Assembly: GCA_029974985.1 (NCBI GenBank)
Contig: JARKQC010000227.1
Span: 88,192 to 152,191, forward strand
DNA from: Bacteroidota bacterium
GTDB taxonomy: Bacteria > Bacteroidota > Ignavibacteria > Kapaibacteriales > UBA2268
DNA length: 64,000 bases
Reading direction: 5' to 3'
Shown in pieces: positions 21,353 through 30,318 of the stretch. Under the pieces are notes generated by a model. It was not told the origin of the DNA and did not search any database. It saw only the letters and a list, made by a program, of their open reading frames with translations. The first letter of the stretch is position 1. Every line of letters begins with the position of its first letter. The position numbers and the translations under genes were made by a program.

Positions 21353-22138
21353 TTAATTACAAATTGAACATTCTGCGGATATAGACATCTTGATATGATG
21401 TGGCGAGTCGCTTGCATCATAATTATATTTATTTATATTCTTGGGCTTTAATTTGCACTCAGTACCATCTAAAAATTGAATAGAGCCTTCTTACAAAAAT
21501 TGTCCAGTATATTCAATACTTCTATGTGTTGAACCTTGATTCAAATCAAAGCAAAATTGTTTAATTGGTGGATTAATAACTTTAACATCTCTTGGCGGAT
21601 CATCTGCAAATGGCCAAGATCTGTGAACATAATGTCTTTCATTAAACCACTGTATTGCTTGTTGCTCTGTCATTGCAAATAATTCCGTTTCAGTTGGTTT
21701 ACGACCATACTTCCATTCAAAAATCTCTTCAAAACTATAACGTCTAAATGAGTCTTTTGACCAAAAACCAAAATTTATTTCATAACCTTGTACATACCTA
21801 TTTTTCATAGAAACTGCTTCCTTCGGGCTTGCAGATGCTAATATATTGCTTGTAACATCTTCATTATTACGTATTCTATGAAAAACATATTCGTCTGGTG
21901 GTATACCATCACCATAAAGCCCCATATTTTGATCATAAAGTATATCAAAATATGCTGTTTTTGTTAAATTTATTACTGCATTTTCAAAATTTGCACCAGG
22001 ACAAAGTTCTTGATCAACTTCAATACATACTTCATTCACTTCTTGTTCTAAACAAGAAGTTTGTAAAGATAAAAATATCACTAATAGCGTAATCTTAATA
22101 TACTTTGATTTATTTAAATATAATTTATAAAAATACAT
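21353..22138 (-). CDS. Hypothetical lipoprotein; stops at 21491-21493 but frame stays open to 21353 (possible nonsense allele)
   Basis: Lipobox LQTSC; 45 sense codons follow the TAA in frame (EGSIQFLDGTECKLK...ECSICN*). Confidence 0.6.
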
Positions 22139-22215
22139 TTTTTCTCCATAATTAATAAATAAAAATTGTCAAACTAATTTTATATTTAATTACTATGGAT
22201 ATCTAATTTGATATA

Positions 22216-22317
22216 TTAACCATATTCTCTGAAAAAGATAGGTATTAGCAACGCGAACATTAAATAGAAGAGATTGTATCTTCGTAGAAGAGATTGTATA
22301 TAATTACTTTTACTCAA
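22216..22317 (-). CDS. Putative 33-aa leader ORF with a 20-nt-period repeat
   Basis: AGGAG-5nt-TTG; MSKSNYIQSLLRRYNLFYLMFALLIPIFFREYG*; tagaagagattgtat at 22265 and 22285. Confidence 0.35.
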   Translation of the reverse strand: MSKSNYIQSLLRRYNLFYLMFALLIPIFFREYG

Positions 22318-22406
22318 AAAAACTCCTATTTAACTTATTCAAAATTAATACATTTTTTGATTATAACAAAATATTATTTTAATTTTTAGCTATTTTACAA
22401 AAAAAT

Positions 22407-22444
22407 CCGCCCAACACAAAAACATATTGGGCGACTTGAAAAAT
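22407..22444 (-). terminator. Terminator hairpin after the channel gene, copy 2 of the 38-bp direct repeat
   Basis: Identical to 20421-20458. Confidence 0.85.
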
Positions 22445-22514
22445 ATATTTAATTCTTTGTTACTATTCAACTCAGTAAACAATAATGAAAATAGAGGAAT
22501 TTATTTTTAAATTA

Positions 22515-24791
22515 TTAATTATTATTAGTAATAAGAATTAACTTCGTATCTTGTTTAATAGTAATTTGTTCGGTTTTGGGTGGATTGATTTTAATTTTGC
22601 CATCATCATTAATATATCCGATAGCAATTTCATTGTTTTGTAATGCTAATTCTGTTAAATATGAAAAAGTTACAATTTCATTATTTGATTTTAAATCTTT
22701 TACAATAATTGAACTAGCATAGCTTGAGAATAATTCCATATAAACATCATAAATATTTTTATTTTCAGACACCATCGAAATAAATGAGCTAATCAAATCT
22801 GGTCCGAGCACAAAATCAGCAATATTTTGAATTTTTACTAAATTTTGATTGCCTTTTGTTAATAATTCAGCGGAAATATGAAAATTACAATTCTCCTCTT
22901 TTTGAATTGCTCTAAGATTTACGAGCGTCATCATTGTATTAGCATCGCATTCCAGAAAATCACTTTTTCCATCGTTATTGCTAAGTACTACAATACTATC
23001 ATATTCCTTGATGTTGTAATTAGATAAATCACGATATGTAATTATCGGAGCAGAAATAAATGATAATTCAATTTTACTATCAATATATTTATTTTTTAAT
23101 TCATTTATTTCTTTTTCCATTTCCGGATTTTGAGAAATCACTTGGATTTTAGATTTATCATCAAGATATGAATAAAGTTCCTCGATTATAATTTTAGATT
23201 TAATATTCCAACCTAAAATCAATATTTTTAAGTTATTTGTAGTGTTTTCATTTACTATTTCTATATTATTTGAATTTTGAGGATTTAATCTCTTGTGATT
23301 ATTTTTTTTACTAATTACGGCAGTTGAGTCATCTTCACTAAGAATTATAATTGAATCATCATTTTTGAAAATATAATCTTTATTTGGATTAATAATAAAG
23401 GAGTTGTCATATTTATAGACACCGAGCAATACACTTTGATTATATAAAAACATTGCTTCTTCAAAAGTTTTTTCAATCAAATCTTCTGCAGGAAGAATAT
23501 ATATTTCACTACCGTCGAATCCAACAATTTCCTCATAAATCTCTGCTAAATATTTATTTATGCTAATTTCTGCTAAAATTTTTCCAATAATTTCTTCGGT
23601 AGAAATAATGCATCCGTAATCTTCAATTAATTTTTTAGCAAGTTTAAAATTATCTTCATTATCAAGATCTGCAATTATATTATATTTAGAGTTATCATTA
23701 TTTAGCTGCATAAGAACAAGAATTTGCATAATAGTTTTAATATCATCGTGCTGTCCATAAACATCTTGTGATAAAATTATAATTGATTTTGCGTCTTCGG
23801 GGCGAACTAATCGCAAATATTCAATATTAGTTGGCAGACCCTCTCTAAAAATTATTTTCGTATATTTATAGTCTTCAATATGAAGAGATAGCTCGTCAGA
23901 CATAAGTTTAGTATTTTTATCAGCAAGTATCACAATATATGACTTATTCTCACTTTCATTTGCAATTACTAAATTTGAAACAATTGCATAAATTTGTTCT
24001 GACCATCCTAAAATCAATGTGTGATTTGTTTGCTGAATACGTTTATTAGAATTTTTTTCATCTAATTTTGTTTCGCTAATTTCATTTGTTAAAATTCCAA
24101 CAAATAAATTAAGAAAAACAACAGCCGCAATCATAATGAAACTAACAAAATAAATCACTAAGATATAGTCAGATAATCCATTGTTGAGTGCTTTTTCTAT
24201 TCCTGGCAAATCATAAACCCAAGACCAACCTTCGAAAGCAACAAAAAACAAAGATCTCATAGTTAGAAATAAAGTTCCAAAAGAGTCGGGTTCGTATTTT
24301 CCTAATAAATCAGTTCCAACAACAGAAAAAATATAGAATTGTATAAAAAGTAAGATAACAACATAAGTCATCGAGGGCAAAGAACGCAATAGCGATTGTA
24401 TAAGGATATTAAGATTATGAACTCGTTCGAATAAGCGAACCATTCGTAATATTCTTGCCATTCTTAAAACTACAAAATATGCAGTATTAAAATCATCAGA
24501 AAAATATGGGATAAAACAGACAGCCACTATAATAAAATCAAATATATACCAACCGTTTGTTAACAATCTAATAGGTTTATTAATCTCTGCTATTGTTCTT
24601 ATAATAATTTCAATAACAAAAATTGCAAGAATAATCTCCTCAATAATCCTAAATTGCAATTCGAAACTATTTTTAATTTCTGAATAAGTTTCTAAGCCAA
24701 TAATTAAACTTGCAAATATGATTACAAAAAAAATTGTATTATCGAACCATTTAGAATCTCGTATATTTTTACAATATTCTATTAATTTCAT
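22515..24791 (-). CDS. 6-TM voltage-gated cation channel (BacNav-like) fused to CASTOR/POLLUX-type tandem RCK domains
   Basis: WYIFDFIIV (S3), LRMARILRMVRL (S4), FGTL..SLFFVAFEGW (pore), LNLFVGIL (S6), then NHTLILGWSE..LVIANES and a second ILILGWN. Confidence 0.88.
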   Translation of the reverse strand: MKLIEYCKNIRDSKWFDNTIFFVIIFASLIIGLETYSEIKNSFELQFRIIEEIILAIFVIEIIIRTIAEINKPIRLLTNGWYIFDFIIVAVCFIPYFSDDFNTAYFVVLRMARILRMVRLFERVHNLNILIQSLLRSLPSMTYVVILLFIQFYIFSVVGTDLLGKYEPDSFGTLFLTMRSLFFVAFEGWSWVYDLPGIEKALNNGLSDYILVIYFVSFIMIAAVVFLNLFVGILTNEISETKLDEKNSNKRIQQTNHTLILGWSEQIYAIVSNLVIANESENKSYIVILADKNTKLMSDELSLHIEDYKYTKIIFREGLPTNIEYLRLVRPEDAKSIIILSQDVYGQHDDIKTIMQILVLMQLNNDNSKYNIIADLDNEDNFKLAKKLIEDYGCIISTEEIIGKILAEISINKYLAEIYEEIVGFDGSEIYILPAEDLIEKTFEEAMFLYNQSVLLGVYKYDNSFIINPNKDYIFKNDDSIIILSEDDSTAVISKKNNHKRLNPQNSNNIEIVNENTTNNLKILILGWNIKSKIIIEELYSYLDDKSKIQVISQNPEMEKEINELKNKYIDSKIELSFISAPIITYRDLSNYNIKEYDSIVVLSNNDGKSDFLECDANTMMTLVNLRAIQKEENCNFHISAELLTKGNQNLVKIQNIADFVLGPDLISSFISMVSENKNIYDVYMELFSSYASSIIVKDLKSNNEIVTFSYLTELALQNNEIAIGYINDDGKIKINPPKTEQITIKQDTKLILITNNN

Positions 24792-24808
24792 AATTTAAAA
24801 ATATTTTA

Positions 24809-25510
24809 TTAAATTTTTGTTATTTGTAAATATATTGGACCTCTGTATTTTTTCCCTTTAGCTTGTTTACCAACTGGTGGTGGCATTTCAGTATCTAAAT
24901 TAGAAGAGCCTTCGATATTTAATTGCTCTGGTCTGACACCTTTGCTGATAAAATATTCCTTTAATTCTTCAGCCCGTTCAGTAGTTAGTTTTGAGTTAAA
25001 TTCGCTATCATTTGAGTTATCTGGATAAGCTTTAATTAAAAATTCTGTTCTACGGTTTAATTTTAAAATACTAACTATTTCGTTTAAAATTATATCAGAA
25101 CCCGCTCTTAAGTTAGATTTGCCAACATCGAAAGGAGAAACTTTTAACGGGAATTTCATACCTTCTTTTTTGGGTGTTACTGTAAAATCTTTGGAATATT
25201 CTTGATATTTATTTGTTTTAGGAACAGTAAATTCATACGAATTTGCAAAATACGAAAAATCATTAAACCTAATATAATATGTTGTATCTGGCTTTAATCC
25301 AGTCATAAAATAATAGCCATCTTTCGAATTACTTTTAACAACAAAAATTTGTTTTCCCTCTCCATTAAAAACTCTTACATCAATTCCAACGGGTTCTTTC
25401 GTAAGTTCATTTTTTATAGAGCCTGTTAAGGAAACCACAGTATTTAATTGGCTATATGTTAATGAAAAAGAAGCAATGATTATGAAACAAATTGTTATAA
25501 ATTTTTTCAT
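24809..25510 (-). CDS. OmpA C-terminal-like domain protein with carboxypeptidase-regulatory-like N-terminus (likely start MKKFI at 25510)
   Basis: FDVGKSNL..YPDNS..NSKLTTERAEELKEYFISKGV. Confidence 0.8.
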   Translation of the reverse strand: MKKFITICFIIIASFSLTYSQLNTVVSLTGSIKNELTKEPVGIDVRVFNGEGKQIFVVKSNSKDGYYFMTGLKPDTTYYIRFNDFSYFANSYEFTVPKTNKYQEYSKDFTVTPKKEGMKFPLKVSPFDVGKSNLRAGSDIILNEIVSILKLNRRTEFLIKAYPDNSNDSEFNSKLTTERAEELKEYFISKGVRPEQLNIEGSSNLDTEMPPPVGKQAKGKKYRGPIYLQITKI

Positions 25511-25605
25511 TATTGTACTCCATAAATTTGATTTTTTCTCTAACAAAAATAATATAAAGAATATAGATTACAAAGAAAATTTTAGCTATTAATAAAAAAA
25601 TATTA

Positions 25606-26172
25606 TTATTTTCCGCTAATAATTTTTGATACTATGCCTTTTTTCTCACTATATTCAGCTAAAATCAATCCACCAAAATGCAATATTACAAATATTGGGA
25701 ACCAAATTATTGCAGATTTATGTATCATTTCGATACTCTCTTGCCAATCTGATAATAAATCTTGTTTTATACAAATCCCAGTAAATGCACTAATAAATAC
25801 AAAAATATAAAAAATAATATAAATATATCCTTGCATTTTTTCCTTAATACTTATATTGTTTTTAAATGGGTTAGGAAATTTTATCCCTTTAGTAAACATA
25901 TAAACAATTCTAATAACAAATGAAATTATAACAACGTAAGCAAAAATTTCGTGCCATTGCCACATAGGTTTACGTATTGTTTTTGCAATATCAACTTTAA
26001 TTTCTTTTGCTAATTCAATATTCTGCGTTTTACTTTCGATAATTGAAACGATTTGATTTTTATTCATCCAAGTCATTCTTAAAAAACCAGTAATGAATAA
26101 AACAGCCATCGCAATAGCAATTATCCAATGTAATAAACGATGCAACAAAGTATAATTATTCGACTTTTCCAT
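25606..26172 (-). CDS. Cytochrome b561/b6-domain membrane protein
   Basis: RLLHWIIA, WQWHE, MIHK, ILHFGG heme-ligand histidines in 4 TMs. Confidence 0.88.
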   Translation of the reverse strand: MEKSNNYTLLHRLLHWIIAIAMAVLFITGFLRMTWMNKNQIVSIIESKTQNIELAKEIKVDIAKTIRKPMWQWHEIFAYVVIISFVIRIVYMFTKGIKFPNPFKNNISIKEKMQGYIYIIFYIFVFISAFTGICIKQDLLSDWQESIEMIHKSAIIWFPIFVILHFGGLILAEYSEKKGIVSKIISGK

Positions 26173-26200
26173 AAAATTCCTTATATAACATTAAAAAAAA

Positions 26201-27397
26201 TTATTCTGCAAGTGGTAAATCAAAATAAAATTCAGTACCAACATTTAGTTCTGATTTTACGTTTAATTTACTATTATTTAATTGTACAAATTCGGAACAT
26301 ATTACTAAACCCAAGCCTGTACCTTTTTCTTTATTTGTGCCAAGTTTACTTTTTGTTCCGCCAGCTATGAATAATTTACTAATATCTTCTTCGCTCATAC
26401 CGACTCCACTATCTTTAATTTTAATTCTAACTTTATTATCAATTTTTTCAGCAAGAATATCAATTTTTCCTTCGTAATGAGTAAATTTAATCGCATTTGT
26501 AACAAGATTACGGATTACAGTACTAATCATATTTTCATCAGCAAAAACTTCGAGCGAATTATCAAAATTATAATTAATCGAAATCCTTTTGTCTATTGCA
26601 GAATTATTTACAATATCAAATATATCTGCGACGACATCAAAAATATTAAATTTTTCAATTTTGGCATTTAAAATGCCAGTTTGTGTTCTTGCCCAAACTA
26701 ATAAATTCTCAAGTAATGAATATAAATTCGATGATGAATCATTTAAAAGTGATAGATACTGCTCTAACTCTTCTTCGTCCATTTCTTTATAATCACTCGA
26801 TAACACTTCGGCAAGATTTTTAAACGCACTTAATGGATTTTTTAAATCGTGTGCAATTATTGAGAAAAATTTATCTTTTGTATTATTTGCTTCTGCAAGC
26901 TCTTTTGTAGCTTTTACGAGTGCTTTTTCAATTTTTATTCTTTTTTCAATTTCTTGATTTAATTCAGTGATTTTATCTTGAAGTTTTACATTAATATTTT
27001 TTTCCCAATTTATAAAACGTAAATACAAATTGATTAATCTCGCAAGTTCCGTTTCTATCAAAGATTTATTAATATAATCTATTCCGCCAACTTCTAATGC
27101 TTTTTCTTTAAATTCTTGTTCGGGGTCGGAGCCAGTGATAAAAATTATAGGAATTTTACTTGTTTTAGGGTTATTTCTTATAATTTTTGCCATTTCTAAT
27201 CCATCATAAATTGGCATAAAAACATCTAAAAGAATTAAATCAATTTGATTATTACCAAGGATTCTAATAGCCTCCATACCAGAATTTGCTATTCTAATAT
27301 TTGTATTATTTGTATTGTTTAGTATTAAATCACCAATTATTCTTGTGAAAGTAGGGCTATCATCAACTACAAGAATATGATATTCATTTTTTTTCAT
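26201..27397 (-). CDS. Hybrid receiver + histidine kinase
   Basis: ILVVDD, LLDVFMP; FSIIAHDLKNP, NLVTNAIKF, DSGVG, GTGLGL. Confidence 0.95.
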   Translation of the reverse strand: MKKNEYHILVVDDSPTFTRIIGDLILNNTNNTNIRIANSGMEAIRILGNNQIDLILLDVFMPIYDGLEMAKIIRNNPKTSKIPIIFITGSDPEQEFKEKALEVGGIDYINKSLIETELARLINLYLRFINWEKNINVKLQDKITELNQEIEKRIKIEKALVKATKELAEANNTKDKFFSIIAHDLKNPLSAFKNLAEVLSSDYKEMDEEELEQYLSLLNDSSSNLYSLLENLLVWARTQTGILNAKIEKFNIFDVVADIFDIVNNSAIDKRISINYNFDNSLEVFADENMISTVIRNLVTNAIKFTHYEGKIDILAEKIDNKVRIKIKDSGVGMSEEDISKLFIAGGTKSKLGTNKEKGTGLGLVICSEFVQLNNSKLNVKSELNVGTEFYFDLPLAE

Positions 27398-27467
27398 AGT
27401 TTTTAATAATAATTCATTGTAATAAACTTAAATATAATAAATTAAAATTAAAAAATAATGTTTTTTT

Positions 27468-28502
27468 TTATTCTTCGAGTGTATCGAAAATATTCAAATA
27501 ACTTTGATATCTTTCTATATCAATTTGTCCATCTTCAACTGCTTGAATAACGGCACAATCCGGTTCGTGAATATGGGTACAAGCGTAGTATTTACAATTT
27601 TGGCGGTATTTGTCAAAATCATGAAAATGAAGTGCTAAATTTTGCTTATCAATATCCCATAGTGCAAATTCTCTAACACCGGGCGAATCAATAATTTTTG
27701 CACCAAAATTAGTTTTTAACATTTTGACAAAACTTGTTGTGTGCTGTCCTTTGTTTGTTCTTTCACTAATTTCTCTAATTTCTTGTGTATATTCTCCTAA
27801 TAAAAGATTTATTAATGTAGATTTACCAACTCCCGAAGGTCCAAAGAATAATGAAATTTTATTTTTTGTAAATTCTTTAATTTCATCAATACCATTTCCA
27901 GCTAATGATGAAATATAAAAAATTGGTATCTCTAATTCCTTATAAATTTTTAAATCATCAAAGAAAAAAGCTAAATCTTCGGTTAAATCAATTTTATTTA
28001 TTACGATAATTGGTTTAATACCACCAATTTCAGAGGCAATTACTAATCTATCAATAAAACGTTTATTATAGTTAGGTTGAAAAGTCGAAACAACAATCAT
28101 TAAATAATCAAAATTAGAAGCAATTACGTGTTCAAAATTCTTTTTTCCAACTGCATAGCGGCTTAATTTTGTGTTCCTTTCTTCAACAGCAACAACACGC
28201 CCAATAAATTTTTCATTATTAGAATTTTGAGATAATACAATTTTTATCGAATCGCCTACTGCAATTAAAGTAGAATTTTTATTTGGAGAGCTAATTTTTC
28301 CTGAAACTGAACAATTAACTAAAACATTTTTATTATTTAGTTCAATTTCGGCAAGAATACTATTACCAATTACTGATAGAGCTATTCCGCTAATAGCTTT
28401 TTCGGAAATTGTAGCTTTTGTATTTACAAGTTTTCCTCTAAAAGCATTAGTCTGACGAATGTTTTCTCTCTTGTTTAAGTATTTTTCTTTATCAAATTTC
28501 AT
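27468..28502 (-). CDS. rsgA: Ribosome small-subunit-dependent GTPase A
   Basis: NKIDL, GPSGVGKST, GQHTT, DSPG, CKYYACTHIHEPDC zinc finger. Confidence 0.97.
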   Translation of the reverse strand: MKFDKEKYLNKRENIRQTNAFRGKLVNTKATISEKAISGIALSVIGNSILAEIELNNKNVLVNCSVSGKISSPNKNSTLIAVGDSIKIVLSQNSNNEKFIGRVVAVEERNTKLSRYAVGKKNFEHVIASNFDYLMIVVSTFQPNYNKRFIDRLVIASEIGGIKPIIVINKIDLTEDLAFFFDDLKIYKELEIPIFYISSLAGNGIDEIKEFTKNKISLFFGPSGVGKSTLINLLLGEYTQEIREISERTNKGQHTTSFVKMLKTNFGAKIIDSPGVREFALWDIDKQNLALHFHDFDKYRQNCKYYACTHIHEPDCAVIQAVEDGQIDIERYQSYLNIFDTLEE

Positions 28503-28549
28503 TTTTTGTCAAAAAAAATTACAGTGTCAATAAATTTACACACTTTTTA

Positions 28550-28581
28550 TTTGAATATACGAATTTTTTTTCATAATTTTG
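28550..28581 (+). promoter_or_regulatory. Bacteroidota-type housekeeping promoter for recJ
   Basis: TTTG-N20-TAATTTTG, 27 nt before the recJ ATG. Confidence 0.65.
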
Positions 28582-28608
28582 TAACAATTAGATTATTAAT
28601 TTGAGTAA

Positions 28609-30318
28609 ATGTTGAACTATCGTTGGACTTTCAGACAATATAATGATGACGAAACTGTACATAATTTAGCTAAAAGCCTTAATATACCAAAAAGTCTTGC
28701 TTATGTTCTTGCTACTAGAGGACTCGAAAGCAAAATTGAGGCCGAAAAATTTTTGAAACCATCGCTTGATGATTTACATGACCCATTTATTATGGAGGAT
28801 ATGGAAAAAGCAGTTTCGAGAATTTTAGTTGCAATACAAAAACAAGAATTAATTTGGATACACGGCGATTACGACGTTGATGGTACAGCAAGTACTTCTA
28901 TGATATACCAATTTCTCAACTCTATTGGTGGGCGTGTGGATTACTATATCCCAGATAGATTTGAAGATGGTTACGGGCTATCAAATAAATCAATAGACCT
29001 TGCTTTAGCAAAAAAAGCAAAAATACTATTAACTGTTGACGTCGGTATCACTTCTTATGAACAATTAGATTATGCTGTCTTAAAAGGTTTAGACACAATA
29101 ATTTGCGACCACCACGAGCCGGGTGAGCAAATCCCCAATGCCTATGCTATTTTAGACCCTTTAAAACCCGGTTGCCCATATCCTTTTAAATCTCTTGCCG
29201 CTTGTGGAGTTGCATTTAAACTAATTCAAGGGATTTCTAAAACTCTCGGTATTGAAGAGAAATCTTATGAATATCTTGATTATGTCGCTATATCTTCTGC
29301 CGCTGATATGGTACCTCTTCGTGGCGAAAATCGTATAATGGTTTATTACGGACTTAAACAGCTCAATAGTAGTCCACGCCCCGGTTTACACGGCTTGATT
29401 CATTGCACGGGCTTAAGACTCGGAAAAATCACTGCTTCTAACATAGTATATGCCGTGGCACCACTTATTAATGCGGCTGGAAGGCTCGGCGACGCTAAAC
29501 GTTCCGTAGAGATGATGCTTCAACAAGACGAAAACGCGGCTTTTAGAATAGCCCAAATCTTGGAAGATGAAAACCGCAAGAGAAGACTTTTAGACCAAAA
29601 AGCTTTCGAAGAAGCTATTCCACAAGCTCAAAAATTTATTTCTGAAAACTCACCTCATTCGCTTGTAATTTATGGAAAAAACTGGCATGCTGGCGTTATC
29701 GGAATAGTTGCATCGAGATTGGTTGATAAATTCAATTTACCTTCGGTACTTCTTACTAATATTGACGGTATTGCAAAAGGTTCTGCTCGCTCTGTAAATG
29801 ATTTTGATGTTCATACTGCAATGAAAAAATGCGAAGATTTATTACTTGAATTTGGTGGACATAAGCATGCGGCGGGGCTATCTTTAAAAGTTGAAAATAT
29901 TGAGGAATTTAGAAGAAGATTTGATGAGTTAGCACGCGAAGCAATTAGTGTTGATATGCTTGCTCCCGAAATTGTTATTGATTCGGAGTTACAATTTAAT
30001 GAGTTATCTCCTAATTTTTTCCATTCATTGAGTAAATTCGCTCCCTATGGTTTTGCTAATAATAAACCAATATTTTTAACTAATGGCGTAAAATCTGTAA
30101 ATGGATTAAAAGTAGTTGGAAACAATAATATAAAATTTAGAGCTATTCAAAATAATTTTGTTATCGATGCCATTGGGCAAAATCTTGCCTCAAAAATTAA
30201 TCTTTGCACTAATGGTAAAAAATTCTCTATGGTTTATAATTTAGAACTAACAAGCTTGCACGGTGCCAAAACTCCTCAAATTATTATAAAGGATATTAAG
30301 CCAGATAATTCCAAATGA
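28609..30318 (+). CDS. recJ: ssDNA exonuclease RecJ
   Basis: GDYDVDG, TVDVG, DHH, INAAGRL, GGHKHAAG. Confidence 0.97.
   Translation: MLNYRWTFRQYNDDETVHNLAKSLNIPKSLAYVLATRGLESKIEAEKFLKPSLDDLHDPFIMEDMEKAVSRILVAIQKQELIWIHGDYDVDGTASTSMIYQFLNSIGGRVDYYIPDRFEDGYGLSNKSIDLALAKKAKILLTVDVGITSYEQLDYAVLKGLDTIICDHHEPGEQIPNAYAILDPLKPGCPYPFKSLAACGVAFKLIQGISKTLGIEEKSYEYLDYVAISSAADMVPLRGENRIMVYYGLKQLNSSPRPGLHGLIHCTGLRLGKITASNIVYAVAPLINAAGRLGDAKRSVEMMLQQDENAAFRIAQILEDENRKRRLLDQKAFEEAIPQAQKFISENSPHSLVIYGKNWHAGVIGIVASRLVDKFNLPSVLLTNIDGIAKGSARSVNDFDVHTAMKKCEDLLLEFGGHKHAAGLSLKVENIEEFRRRFDELAREAISVDMLAPEIVIDSELQFNELSPNFFHSLSKFAPYGFANNKPIFLTNGVKSVNGLKVVGNNNIKFRAIQNNFVIDAIGQNLASKINLCTNGKKFSMVYNLELTSLHGAKTPQIIIKDIKPDNSK

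Noticed and set aside
20421-22444. 38-bp repeats as integron attC sites (GCCCAAC..(G/A)TTGGGC resembles R''/R' boxes)
   Set aside because: Only ~24 bp from box to box, no L boxes, no integrase; stem plus T-tract fits a terminator better.
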